Shown in pieces: positions 48,968 to 57,798 of a stretch of DNA of 64,000 nt; the stretch's first letter is position 1, and each line of letters starts with the position of its first letter. Both the position numbers and the translations under genes were made by a program. The stretch is taken from IMG/VR virus record IMGVR_UViG_3300044974_001280, positions 62,001 through 126,000 of that record; one strand, written 5' to 3'. The notes under the pieces were generated by a model. The model was not told the DNA's origin. It saw only the letters and a program-made list of their open reading frames with translations, and made no database searches.

Positions 48968-50452
48968 ATGCCTACTTTGAACATTCTTAATCTAAATCTG
49001 GGGGATTCCCAAGAAGATATCAGGAACAAGGTTAATGCAAACTTTGAGTCCTTGATCCAAAATGGAGGTGGACCCCAAGGTCTGCAAGGAGAGATTGGAC
49101 CTCAAGGTCCAGTAGGTCCTCAGGGACCTCAGGGTGATCCTGGTCAGCAAGGACTGAGGGGAACTCGTTGGTATGTTCAACCCTCGTTTCCGGCGGGTGG
49201 AACTTCCGATCCCGTAATTGAAGGTGATTATTGGGTAGACACTTTCAATCAGAATTCTATTTTTGAGTACACTGCAGCAGGATGGACAGATACAGGGTTC
49301 GATCTTCAATCCACGGAGGTCTTTACTACTTTAGTCGGAATTTCAGGCCCGAGTGGTTCTAAGAATGCGGTCGTTTTCAACTCCCCTTTTCCTAATTTAA
49401 ACACCCTAGTTTTAAGCGATGCGGTGTCGGTGCCCCAAACCACCAATCCCACCTATGCGAAACTTCTGATCTCAACCAACTCGTCCTCTGATTACCCTCT
49501 CCTGGAATTTTCGAAAACCAACGCCACTGGAGCTGGTACACCACAGGACTACAACAGACACCCACAATTTAGGTGGTTAAACCCCAGCTCTTCCAACTAT
49601 AATTTGCTGTTTACTGTTCCTCAAGACAGCATGGAATTCAGAGCAGGAGGCTCGATGCTAGTTCAAAGCTCCGCCTCTTCCCTTCAGTTTTCTTCAGCCA
49701 ATACTTTGTCTTTAACCTCGGCTGCAACTATGACTGTTACCTCGGCCTCGGTCATGAATTTTTCATCAGGTTCCCAGCCGATGAATTTCAGTTCTCAGAA
49801 CTACAATCTTTCATCATCCTCTTTGAGTTTATCTGTGCCTCTGAGTTTGACCTCCAGTGCAAGTGGCTATGCCATGACTTTTAACAACTCCGGTTCAGGA
49901 TCAGGTCTCTTGTTATCAGGAACATCGACCAGCACTAGTCAGTTTTTGGCCAATTTTGCCTCAGGGGGATCCAGTAAATTCTCAGTTAGGGCGGATGGAA
50001 AGATTTTCGTGTCTCAATTAGGATCTGCTTTTAGATCTCTTTCCTCTACCTATGATAATTCTGCGACTATCTCCGCCACAACTTACTATTATTGGTATTT
50101 GGGAACAAATATTATCCAGACTGGAAACCTTCTTCTTTTCGATACTTCTTCCTCTCCTTCAGATAAGGGACTAGCCCTTCCTGTCGGGGGTACCGTCTCT
50201 AATAGCTGGACTCAGTATCTAGGAAATTATGAATCTATCCAATTAAGAGTTATTAGTACAAACTCGAACAATTTGGTCAAAAGTGTTGCTTTGTGGACAG
50301 GCTCAGGAACCATTAATGCGGGTTCTAACACGGCGGCTACTTTTGCCAGTGGTCAAAGTTTTGTCGATTTCACCATCATTAGGCTCTCTTCCGATACTGA
50401 TTATCAAGTTTATTATTCAACCTGTGGTGGACTCTGCGGTAAATTAGCATAA
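48968..50452 (+). CDS. tail fibre-like protein with short collagen segment
   Basis: LGDSQEDIRNKVNANF attachment motif, (Gly-X-Y) run GPQGLQGEIGPQGPVGPQGPQGDPGQQGLRG, Ser-rich beta region. Confidence 0.7.
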   Translation: MPTLNILNLNLGDSQEDIRNKVNANFESLIQNGGGPQGLQGEIGPQGPVGPQGPQGDPGQQGLRGTRWYVQPSFPAGGTSDPVIEGDYWVDTFNQNSIFEYTAAGWTDTGFDLQSTEVFTTLVGISGPSGSKNAVVFNSPFPNLNTLVLSDAVSVPQTTNPTYAKLLISTNSSSDYPLLEFSKTNATGAGTPQDYNRHPQFRWLNPSSSNYNLLFTVPQDSMEFRAGGSMLVQSSASSLQFSSANTLSLTSAATMTVTSASVMNFSSGSQPMNFSSQNYNLSSSSLSLSVPLSLTSSASGYAMTFNNSGSGSGLLLSGTSTSTSQFLANFASGGSSKFSVRADGKIFVSQLGSAFRSLSSTYDNSATISATTYYYWYLGTNIIQTGNLLLFDTSSSPSDKGLALPVGGTVSNSWTQYLGNYESIQLRVISTNSNNLVKSVALWTGSGTINAGSNTAATFASGQSFVDFTIIRLSSDTDYQVYYSTCGGLCGKLA

Positions 50453-50453
50453 C

Positions 50454-52562
50454 ATGTCTTTCAATTCAAAATACATTTTTCCAGGGGACGACAAGAACGA
50501 AATCCTGTCCAAGATTAATTCTAATTTTGCCCAAATCTATTTTAATGCGATAGGAAGTCCAGGACCGTTGGGAGAATTTGGACCCACGGGTATGATTGGA
50601 CCTGTGGGATTAGACGGTTTACCTGGAGCGACAGGTTCGCCTGCAGCAAGGTGGTTTTTTTCTCCTGAGCCCCCATTATCCACAGAATCTTCAACTGATG
50701 ACATCTGGGTTAATATTGGGATCACTGGATTTCAAAGTGTCTATTTCTATGATGGCACCAATTGGGTTGATACTGGAGAAAGTATTCTGCAGGACTCTGA
50801 ATTTGAAGCAATCACCGGAGTATCGGGACCAGGTGGAAGCACAACTCATAATAGCATTGTCTTCCCAGGACCTTCGGCCTCTGATTACAGCCTAGTTATT
50901 TCTGATGCTGTTGGAACTACCTCCAATGTCAATCCGAACCTCTCGAAACTAATGGTAAGTACGGCTCCTGTGGTTAATATAAAAGTTGGTTCTTTTTTGG
51001 CAGGAGGGGTTGTTTTTTATGTTAATCCTGCTGGTAATGGGGGTTTGGTCTGTGCGCCAAACAACCTGAATACTACTTATGCTTGGGGATGCGCTGGAAC
51101 TAATATTTCTGGTACATCTTCAGCCTTAGGTACAGGAGCAGCAAATACAAATTTGATTTTATTTGGGTGTGCTACTAGACCTATTGCCGCCAGCGTCTGT
51201 GCAGATCTTTCTCTTAATGGATTTTCCGACTGGTATCTTCCTAGTTACGATGAAATGTTTTTAATGTATCAAGAACTACAGCCTTTAGACCCTGCTTCTT
51301 TTGCTGGTACTTTTTGGACAAGTACACAGTTAAACCCCGGACTGGCTAGTGTTTTAAATTTTGGTGTCTCAGGATTTTCAAATAAATCAAATTCCAGACT
51401 GGTGAGGCCAGTAAGAACTTTTACATTAAATGACATTGGAACTGTTCAATATCCGATTTTAGGGTTCGATAAAACCTTTGTAGGATCTGTCTCCATTCCA
51501 TCTTTTAATTGGACTGTTCCAACTGCAGAATCTTATGATATCACTTTTAGCAATCCGGGAGAAACTAGAATTTTATTAGGAACTACTGGTAGTTTTTCTG
51601 CTACCGGGGGATCTGGGGAATCTGTGATACTAGCCGGCAATACTTTTGTGCAACTGACTTCTCAAAATCAAATCACTTTTGAATCTTCTACGGGAGCCAC
51701 TGGCAGCTTGACCCTGGCTACACCCTCTACGATTTTGATGAATTCTGCTAACAAGATACTGACTAGTAACAGTTTGTCGTATCAGAATCTGGCCGATTCA
51801 TCCGGTCTGACCGCAGATGCCAGCACCTTGATCGACGTCTCGGGAAATCAGGGATTGAATATTCAAATTTTAGGTTCTTCGACCGGAACCCCTATTTATA
51901 CTTTTAGAAATCCTGCGGGGTATAGAATTTTAGAAAGTAGAAGCAACAATCTAACGATGATTGGTGAAACTGGCCCCTCTGGTTCCGCTTCTGGCTGCCT
52001 AGTGAAGAAAATAGATGTTGTTGATTCATATAGTCTGAATGGAAGAAGCGGAAGCCAATTTTCTGCTAATGGATTTTTGAATAATTATGCTTCATTAGAA
52101 ATAAATGGTAATAATTCTGATGTTATTTGTATTAAGGCTTATTACGCATACTTGTTAACTCCAGATGCAAACACTCCCACCGCAAACGGAGAATACTATT
52201 CCATTTATTTACAGTTAAGTGGGTTTCAAAATATTACAACAGTTGATCCTGTAAATCCTGGTATGGGTATTTCTTTTTCTAATACATCAAGGAGAATTTT
52301 CGACATTTTTCTAGAGGATGAGTCGGGAATTTGGCCGTCTGGCTACATATCTTTTGGTGGCATTAGAACTGTTTATGCAGGTGGAAGTTCCTCTGTATCT
52401 ATTAGTAATTCATCTTTCAGATGCTACCATATTAGATTAATTTTTATAAACAACGAGTCTATCTTTTATCAGTTTAACTATTCGGGCACTGCCAATAGAT
52501 GCGGTTATATCCCTTATGTTTATACCAATCCAGTTTCTGGAGGGGGCGGAATTGGTAGCTAA
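50454..52562 (+). CDS. tail fibre-like paralogue with collagen segment and inserted DUF1566 (Lcl/CLec-like) domain
   Basis: PGDDKNEILSKINSNF, collagen run, then GGVVFYV...GFSDWYLPSYDEM...FWTST...VRPVRTF (about 50976-51422). Confidence 0.75.
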   Translation: MSFNSKYIFPGDDKNEILSKINSNFAQIYFNAIGSPGPLGEFGPTGMIGPVGLDGLPGATGSPAARWFFSPEPPLSTESSTDDIWVNIGITGFQSVYFYDGTNWVDTGESILQDSEFEAITGVSGPGGSTTHNSIVFPGPSASDYSLVISDAVGTTSNVNPNLSKLMVSTAPVVNIKVGSFLAGGVVFYVNPAGNGGLVCAPNNLNTTYAWGCAGTNISGTSSALGTGAANTNLILFGCATRPIAASVCADLSLNGFSDWYLPSYDEMFLMYQELQPLDPASFAGTFWTSTQLNPGLASVLNFGVSGFSNKSNSRLVRPVRTFTLNDIGTVQYPILGFDKTFVGSVSIPSFNWTVPTAESYDITFSNPGETRILLGTTGSFSATGGSGESVILAGNTFVQLTSQNQITFESSTGATGSLTLATPSTILMNSANKILTSNSLSYQNLADSSGLTADASTLIDVSGNQGLNIQILGSSTGTPIYTFRNPAGYRILESRSNNLTMIGETGPSGSASGCLVKKIDVVDSYSLNGRSGSQFSANGFLNNYASLEINGNNSDVICIKAYYAYLLTPDANTPTANGEYYSIYLQLSGFQNITTVDPVNPGMGISFSNTSRRIFDIFLEDESGIWPSGYISFGGIRTVYAGGSSSVSISNSSFRCYHIRLIFINNESIFYQFNYSGTANRCGYIPYVYTNPVSGGGGIGS

Positions 52563-52571
52563 TTTTTTGTT

Positions 52572-53285
52572 GTGGAAAAAATTTTTTACGAAGAAGGAAA
52601 GGAATTCAGGTATCAAATAGGGGAGGTAATCACCACTTGGCCTTGGCCCATGCTAACTTACGCATCCGCTAGAGAATTTTTATTAGATCCTGATTGTCAG
52701 CAAATTTTTTCTAAATATCAAAACGTCTATATTTACGGGCATTTCCTGTGGAAAAATTTTCAGACGTGGGATCTTGATTTGGGTTTGGCCTGTGATTTTA
52801 ATATCGCGGATTGGTCACGAATTTCTGCAGATCTCCACAAGCTTTACAATCTAGCTCTAAATAGACACTGTCTTCTCGTGGATATCACTGTTTCACATCT
52901 CAATGTTGCCTGTCTTTTACCAACCAAATCCGATCTAGTTGAACACAATCAAAACACACCAGCTTCTGAATGGAATTTTCCCAGAATTAGCCCGCCCCTG
53001 CAGGGAAAATATTCCCATAAATATGTAAAAATAAGCAGAATGGAAAAAAAGATAGGGGACACAATTCAAGTTTTTGATTATAGAGATTCCCCCCGAACTG
53101 CACAAAAAACTTCCCTCTTATTTGGTGAACATCTGGTTATGATTGATTTTTCTGAAGTTGATTTACACGATAAAATCATCAAAAGGATAGCAAATTCTGA
53201 AAAAAATCTTCTGATCAATTTCATGACAGTTTCTGATTTTTTAAGTCTAACCGAACTAGAATTTATTCAGATCCAGAATTACTGA
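52572..53285 (+). CDS. putative Pol-beta-superfamily nucleotidyltransferase-like protein
   Basis: VYIYGHF.....TWDLDLGL (hG...DhDh) and later LLVDITV (third Asp); GTG start. Confidence 0.45.
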   Translation: MEKIFYEEGKEFRYQIGEVITTWPWPMLTYASAREFLLDPDCQQIFSKYQNVYIYGHFLWKNFQTWDLDLGLACDFNIADWSRISADLHKLYNLALNRHCLLVDITVSHLNVACLLPTKSDLVEHNQNTPASEWNFPRISPPLQGKYSHKYVKISRMEKKIGDTIQVFDYRDSPRTAQKTSLLFGEHLVMIDFSEVDLHDKIIKRIANSEKNLLINFMTVSDFLSLTELEFIQIQNY

Positions 53286-53312
53286 CCCCGTAGTTCGTTT
53301 TTTTCTGGACCG

Positions 53313-53320
53313 AATATATA
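53313..53320 (+). promoter_or_regulatory. putative late promoter variant AATATATA
   Basis: 22 nt before ATG 53342. Confidence 0.5.
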
Positions 53321-53341
53321 CAGAGGATTTAAATTTTTTTT

Positions 53342-53587
53342 ATGCAAACCCCTTTGACCCAAGATGAAATGATCTCGGCAGAAGATCTAAAAATACAATT
53401 CTCTAGAGTGTTAGAAGACATCTCTATTGTGGATGGTAAAATCAAGAATCTTCAAACAGAGGCGGGTCATCTCCTGACCAAACTTGAAAATTTAAGAAAT
53501 TCAGAAAAAGCTTTTATGACCAGATTGTCCGATAAATATGGATCGGGTGCTTTGGAACCCTTCAAATTAATCTATCACCGTGAATAA
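53342..53587 (+). CDS. small coiled-coil hypothetical protein
   Basis: 81 aa, heptads ending LSDKYGSGAL. Confidence 0.6.
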   Translation: MQTPLTQDEMISAEDLKIQFSRVLEDISIVDGKIKNLQTEAGHLLTKLENLRNSEKAFMTRLSDKYGSGALEPFKLIYHRE

Positions 53588-54407
53588 AATAGAATCCGGA
53601 TCTAACACAGTCGTTGTATCTTTATTTTTCTTCATTTTGCTTCTTCTAGCAGGTCTTTTTTTGCTGAGACAATACGAATTGACCCAAGAAGCAGAACAAG
53701 AAGCTGCCCGAAACTACAATAATTATTTAGCGAAGCAAGATTCGGTTCGTATTCTCAGCTCTTCTTTCGGGAGTGTGCTGGCAGAAAAATCTGCTCTCAA
53801 ACTGAAATACGATGAATTATCTCAGGATAATAAAGATCTGATAGACAGACTAGAGCTGGCGAATAATAAAAAGCCAAGCGTTATTATTCAAACGGAAGTA
53901 GTTTACAGAGATACCGGAATTTCGGTACCCACTTCAACAATTATCAGAGACAGCACAAAACAGCTAGTCTTCAAACACCAACCGAAATTACCTGGTAATA
54001 ACTTTCTCTCCCTCACAGGACAAATCCCTTATCGCATAGTGACAGATTCAGTCCTTAACCCGGATGGTTCATATCAACTGAATTTCAGACTTGTTTCTCA
54101 GCCCGTTGTTTTGAATTTTGAGCAAAAAATTGATCTAGTCACTGGTCTTTATACTGATCCAAAAACAGGAAGAGTTTATGTCAGGGCAACCACAGATTTT
54201 CCGGGAATCAGTTTCTCCGATCTACAAGCTCTGGAGATGATTGACGATTCTGCTACTCGTCAAGCTCTCAAAAAAGCCAGAAAAAAGTTTGGGGTGGGGA
54301 TAAATTTTGGTTGGTCGATAGCAGCAGGAAGAAGCGGTTATATCATGGGCCCAGGTATCACTGTCGGACTGACCTACACCCCAACCTTCCTCCAATTCGG
54401 GAGATAA
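53580..54407 (+). CDS. membrane-anchored coiled-coil protein, possible spanin-like lysis protein
   Basis: N-terminal TM (VVVSLFFFILLLLAGLFLL), coiled coil, C-terminal amphipathic hairpin KKFGVGINFGW...GPGITVGLTY. Confidence 0.5.
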   Translation: MNKIESGSNTVVVSLFFFILLLLAGLFLLRQYELTQEAEQEAARNYNNYLAKQDSVRILSSSFGSVLAEKSALKLKYDELSQDNKDLIDRLELANNKKPSVIIQTEVVYRDTGISVPTSTIIRDSTKQLVFKHQPKLPGNNFLSLTGQIPYRIVTDSVLNPDGSYQLNFRLVSQPVVLNFEQKIDLVTGLYTDPKTGRVYVRATTDFPGISFSDLQALEMIDDSATRQALKKARKKFGVGINFGWSIAAGRSGYIMGPGITVGLTYTPTFLQFGR

Positions 54408-54410
54408 ATA
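54403..54410 (+). promoter_or_regulatory. putative late promoter GATAAATA
   Basis: 12 nt before ATG 54422. Confidence 0.5.
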
Positions 54411-54421
54411 TAATAATCTAC

Positions 54422-56947
54422 ATGGCCTTTACCACAACTTCTAAGTACGTTCAGCTCACCCCTTATTTGGTGCTGGAATACATGTATGCTGACCAACCTA
54501 ATCCGGAAACCTACAATGTTAACAGTGGTAACCCGACAGTTTCTTTCAACAAGTTAATTAACGGTATTTTGGAGTACAAGGGATCACCCATGAACGATGT
54601 TCAGATTTACAACTGGGATGAAAACTATAGCGTGACCCAGAATACATCTTTAGACAGTGTTGTTCAAGTATCGGAAAATTCTTTTATTTCTCTGAATCCC
54701 AATTTGATTGTTCCTTACAACGACTTCAACCCTAAATTAACACCTACTGCCGACCTGCCTATAGTTTTTCCTTCGGACATCTCGGTTGTTTATGACTCTG
54801 TGAGGTACCACATTCTCCAGGGTTACAATCTAGAAAACATCGATGGTCTGGTGCTAAGTATTGCATATCTAGGTCAAGATGGTAGCTATGTCACTTTCTC
54901 TCAGGTTCAACTGAGCTCGGGTAATGCACAAAACTACACTTTCAACCCAGTTCCTTTAACTATCGGTTCGAATATTTACAACAAGTACTTTGAGATCAAG
55001 ATCCCCTCTTTTGTGGATATGAACAATCAGTTTTCCGTCGCCTCTGCCCAGAATAAACCCAACACTTTGGCAGGAAAAACCAGTAAAAACGGCCAGGGAT
55101 ATGTCAATGGAGCCCCAATGAGAATCAACGTGTGGCAAATTTTAGACACAACCCAGGTCAACGGATACAATAAACTTGGTTCAAACCTTTATGCAACTTT
55201 GTCTCTTGAAACTGAAGACCCGTTTAAAAATGTGGGTGCCTATATTGCTCCAGCCGACACGGGGGATTTCTTCGAGTATTTTGCCACCGACGATGGAGGC
55301 TTCATTGAAAATTTTATTCTCTTTCAAAATTCTATTGGCAATCAATACTACATCGATCACAAGATTGAGACCATTGAACAAATTGGAGCTGCTCTTCTGA
55401 TAACCGACAATTTTTCAACCCTTCAGACAACTGCCTACGACCTACCTCTCCTTTACAGACCCATTGTCAGAAACTCAGCCCTTGCTTCCAGTTTTACCCT
55501 TAGATACACCATGACCCTGGTCAACAGTCTAAATCAAACGAGACTAGTCAGAATAGCAACCTACACTTCTAACGATCCTGCCAAATACGGAACCTATATT
55601 GCTCCCCTTCAACTTTCGATCTATCCTCAAACTCAAAAGATCTACAATAAACTAGCCACCCAATCTAATATTGCTGTTCCTGCAAATACTATTGCACCCC
55701 AAGAGATCATTAAATATCAGAATGTGTTTTTTGAAAGGAATCTGGTTAACACCACTCTGACAAATCTGGTGGTTAAGGGAAACATCATCACACAGGCAGA
55801 TGCTGGTGCCACTGACGGTCTAGCCTATGGTTTAGGACAGGCCTACGTTACCATCCTGCCTTTTGACAACTACTACAAATTCACTTTTTTCAAGAAAAAT
55901 CCCGATGGCACAACTGATCTAATTGATCTCACCTCCTCGGGCACTTTTAAACTTGTTTTTATAGACAACCAGAACAATAAACTTTTTGCTCCTTCCATCT
56001 CAGACAAAAATCTGGCCAATTCCGCCAGAGGTGAGTTGGCATTTAAGTTGGATCAAAGTCTGGCAACTCAGGTTTTAACTTTCAGCAATCGAAGATTTTA
56101 CATCTCAAATCAGCCCATTCAAGCTGAAACCAACACTGTGCTAGGTCAAAACGCAGTTCCAAAATTGACAGGTATTAAAAACAAGTTGGCCAAAAAATCT
56201 CTTGCCCTAGGCAATTCTATTTCCGATATTCAACTGGCAGCAACTGAGGTTGTGAATGCCAACACAAATCTAGGTACCGCCAGGATTTCTGCTAATTCTG
56301 CTTCCGTCCTGTACTATGGCAATTGGCTGAAGGATGGTGAACCACTTCCAACCCCAGGTATCACCGGTCAAAATGTTGTTCAAGATTCTATTCTGTTGCA
56401 AAAGAACCCTCAGATTTCAATTGGGGGATCTAATCCAAATGAGAGTGCGTCAGTGGTACAGAACAGCAAGAGTTCTTGGCAAAACTTTGCCCCTGCGGCA
56501 GGGACCGATTCAAGCACAGCAACTTCTTCTAACACAGGAGGGCAAAACACCACTGGTTCCGCTAATTCGCTTTCTGTCTTGGGCCTGGCAGCTTTTAAAT
56601 CGGCTATTGCTTCTGATGTTCAGGGTAAGATCTCTCTTGGCTGGACCACGGCAGAAATTATTGATTATTTCCTCAACCCCGGAGCAGCTGGATTCCAAAT
56701 TTACTCTGGCATTACAAAACAGATCTTTACTGATGCGGTCACCGGTATTTTCAACAATTTTGATCTGGCCCTGCTGAATGAATATGGCAATACAGGAGGG
56801 GGTAGAACAAACGGAGGTCCAGCCTCCGGAGGAGGTAGTACCACCAATCAAAGCGGGCAGGATAGCGGCAGCGCATCTCCTGCCTTTCCTCCTTCGAGCG
56901 GCGGATCCCCTAGGCCCAGACCCGATAGGGGATTAGGAACTTTATAA
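54422..56947 (+). CDS. large hypothetical (probable virion) protein
   Basis: ORF 54311-56947; ATG 54422 (MAFTTTSKY) preferred because it follows the promoter motif and avoids overlap; low-complexity Gly/Ser C-terminus. Confidence 0.6.
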   Translation: MAFTTTSKYVQLTPYLVLEYMYADQPNPETYNVNSGNPTVSFNKLINGILEYKGSPMNDVQIYNWDENYSVTQNTSLDSVVQVSENSFISLNPNLIVPYNDFNPKLTPTADLPIVFPSDISVVYDSVRYHILQGYNLENIDGLVLSIAYLGQDGSYVTFSQVQLSSGNAQNYTFNPVPLTIGSNIYNKYFEIKIPSFVDMNNQFSVASAQNKPNTLAGKTSKNGQGYVNGAPMRINVWQILDTTQVNGYNKLGSNLYATLSLETEDPFKNVGAYIAPADTGDFFEYFATDDGGFIENFILFQNSIGNQYYIDHKIETIEQIGAALLITDNFSTLQTTAYDLPLLYRPIVRNSALASSFTLRYTMTLVNSLNQTRLVRIATYTSNDPAKYGTYIAPLQLSIYPQTQKIYNKLATQSNIAVPANTIAPQEIIKYQNVFFERNLVNTTLTNLVVKGNIITQADAGATDGLAYGLGQAYVTILPFDNYYKFTFFKKNPDGTTDLIDLTSSGTFKLVFIDNQNNKLFAPSISDKNLANSARGELAFKLDQSLATQVLTFSNRRFYISNQPIQAETNTVLGQNAVPKLTGIKNKLAKKSLALGNSISDIQLAATEVVNANTNLGTARISANSASVLYYGNWLKDGEPLPTPGITGQNVVQDSILLQKNPQISIGGSNPNESASVVQNSKSSWQNFAPAAGTDSSTATSSNTGGQNTTGSANSLSVLGLAAFKSAIASDVQGKISLGWTTAEIIDYFLNPGAAGFQIYSGITKQIFTDAVTGIFNNFDLALLNEYGNTGGGRTNGGPASGGGSTTNQSGQDSGSASPAFPPSSGGSPRPRPDRGLGTL

Positions 56948-56956
56948 TTCATTAAC

Positions 56957-57517
56957 ATGGCGATACTAAATGTCAGATCGAATAGTTTTTATTTCAATTT
57001 CCCGAAAGGATTTTTTCCCGGCTCGGTAGAGACCAAGTGGGTTGATTATCTGAAAAAACAGCCCACCCCCTACGATACCCTGACCTCTTATATGAACAGC
57101 AGTATTCAATCTGTCTCTTTTCCGACCATGAACATTGATTTAGTGTCACAAACCAGAAATCTCGGCAAACAGATTAATTACCAGAGTGCAACCCCTGTGC
57201 AGGATTTATTCTCCAGAGATTTCTCTGTTTCTTTTAGGATCAGTGAAGGATTTGTGAATTACTTTATCATGTTGGAAACTGTCTTAGATAAACTGGCCTT
57301 TCAAAACGATGCCCTGTTCACTCCTATCTTACCTCTTCGAATCTTAGATAATGAGGGGGGAGTAGTTATTTCAGTTCTTTTTAAAGAAGTAACTCTTACC
57401 TCAGTCAACAACATTGATTTAAATTACACCGCTAATGCCCCTACAGTTTCAACTTTTACCGTGGGCTTTAAATGTAATTTTATGGAACTGAATTCAGAAG
57501 TCCAGAAAACAAATTAG
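56957..57517 (+). CDS. tail tube-fold protein (gp19/gp3-like tail completion)
   Basis: 186 aa; IQSVSFP...FSVSFRISE...NY...LRILDN.G....VLFKEV.LTS...IDLNY...TFTVGF follows the tube/terminator fold pattern. Confidence 0.5.
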   Translation: MAILNVRSNSFYFNFPKGFFPGSVETKWVDYLKKQPTPYDTLTSYMNSSIQSVSFPTMNIDLVSQTRNLGKQINYQSATPVQDLFSRDFSVSFRISEGFVNYFIMLETVLDKLAFQNDALFTPILPLRILDNEGGVVISVLFKEVTLTSVNNIDLNYTANAPTVSTFTVGFKCNFMELNSEVQKTN

Positions 57518-57524
57518 ATATATA
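57517..57524 (+). promoter_or_regulatory. putative late promoter GATATATA
   Basis: 19 nt before ATG 57543. Confidence 0.55.
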
Positions 57525-57542
57525 AGTAAAACAAACACATCC

Positions 57543-57788
57543 ATGAAAAAATTCTCAGAACTAGCCAGAGTAAATGAAATGAAATACGGTCAGCCGATGT
57601 ACGGGGAAAGTGACCTGAAGCAGCATATGAAAAATCTTCTAGTTGCCGCCTCGGGTAACGATCAAAGGGTCTTAAATGATATAGTGGATTGTCTTACTGA
57701 TGAGCAGATGAAAAAATGCTACGATAATTTGGTGAAAGTTTATAATTACACGGGTAAAGTTGGGGAAGCAGTCCCAGCAAACCTTTAA
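57543..57788 (+). CDS. small hypothetical protein, probable head-internal protein
   Basis: MKKFSELARVNE N-terminus, close to the T4 CTS MKTYQEFIAE pattern. Confidence 0.55.
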   Translation: MKKFSELARVNEMKYGQPMYGESDLKQHMKNLLVAASGNDQRVLNDIVDCLTDEQMKKCYDNLVKVYNYTGKVGEAVPANL

Positions 57789-57798
57789 ATCTGTTTAG

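Noticed and set aside
50976-51422. Complete diversity-generating retroelement
   Set aside because: Only a potential target-type domain is seen; no reverse transcriptase, Avd or template repeat was found in this window.
37591-52562. Eukaryotic or NCLDV origin suggested by mucin, vWA, collagen and Cys-rich modules
   Set aside because: They are embedded in intron-free operons with T4-type baseplate and replication genes.
54311-54421. Longer N-terminal extensions given in the ORF track (54311, also 62859 and 4898)
   Set aside because: They overlap upstream genes and, for 54311 and 62859, span the promoter motif; the downstream ATGs fit better.
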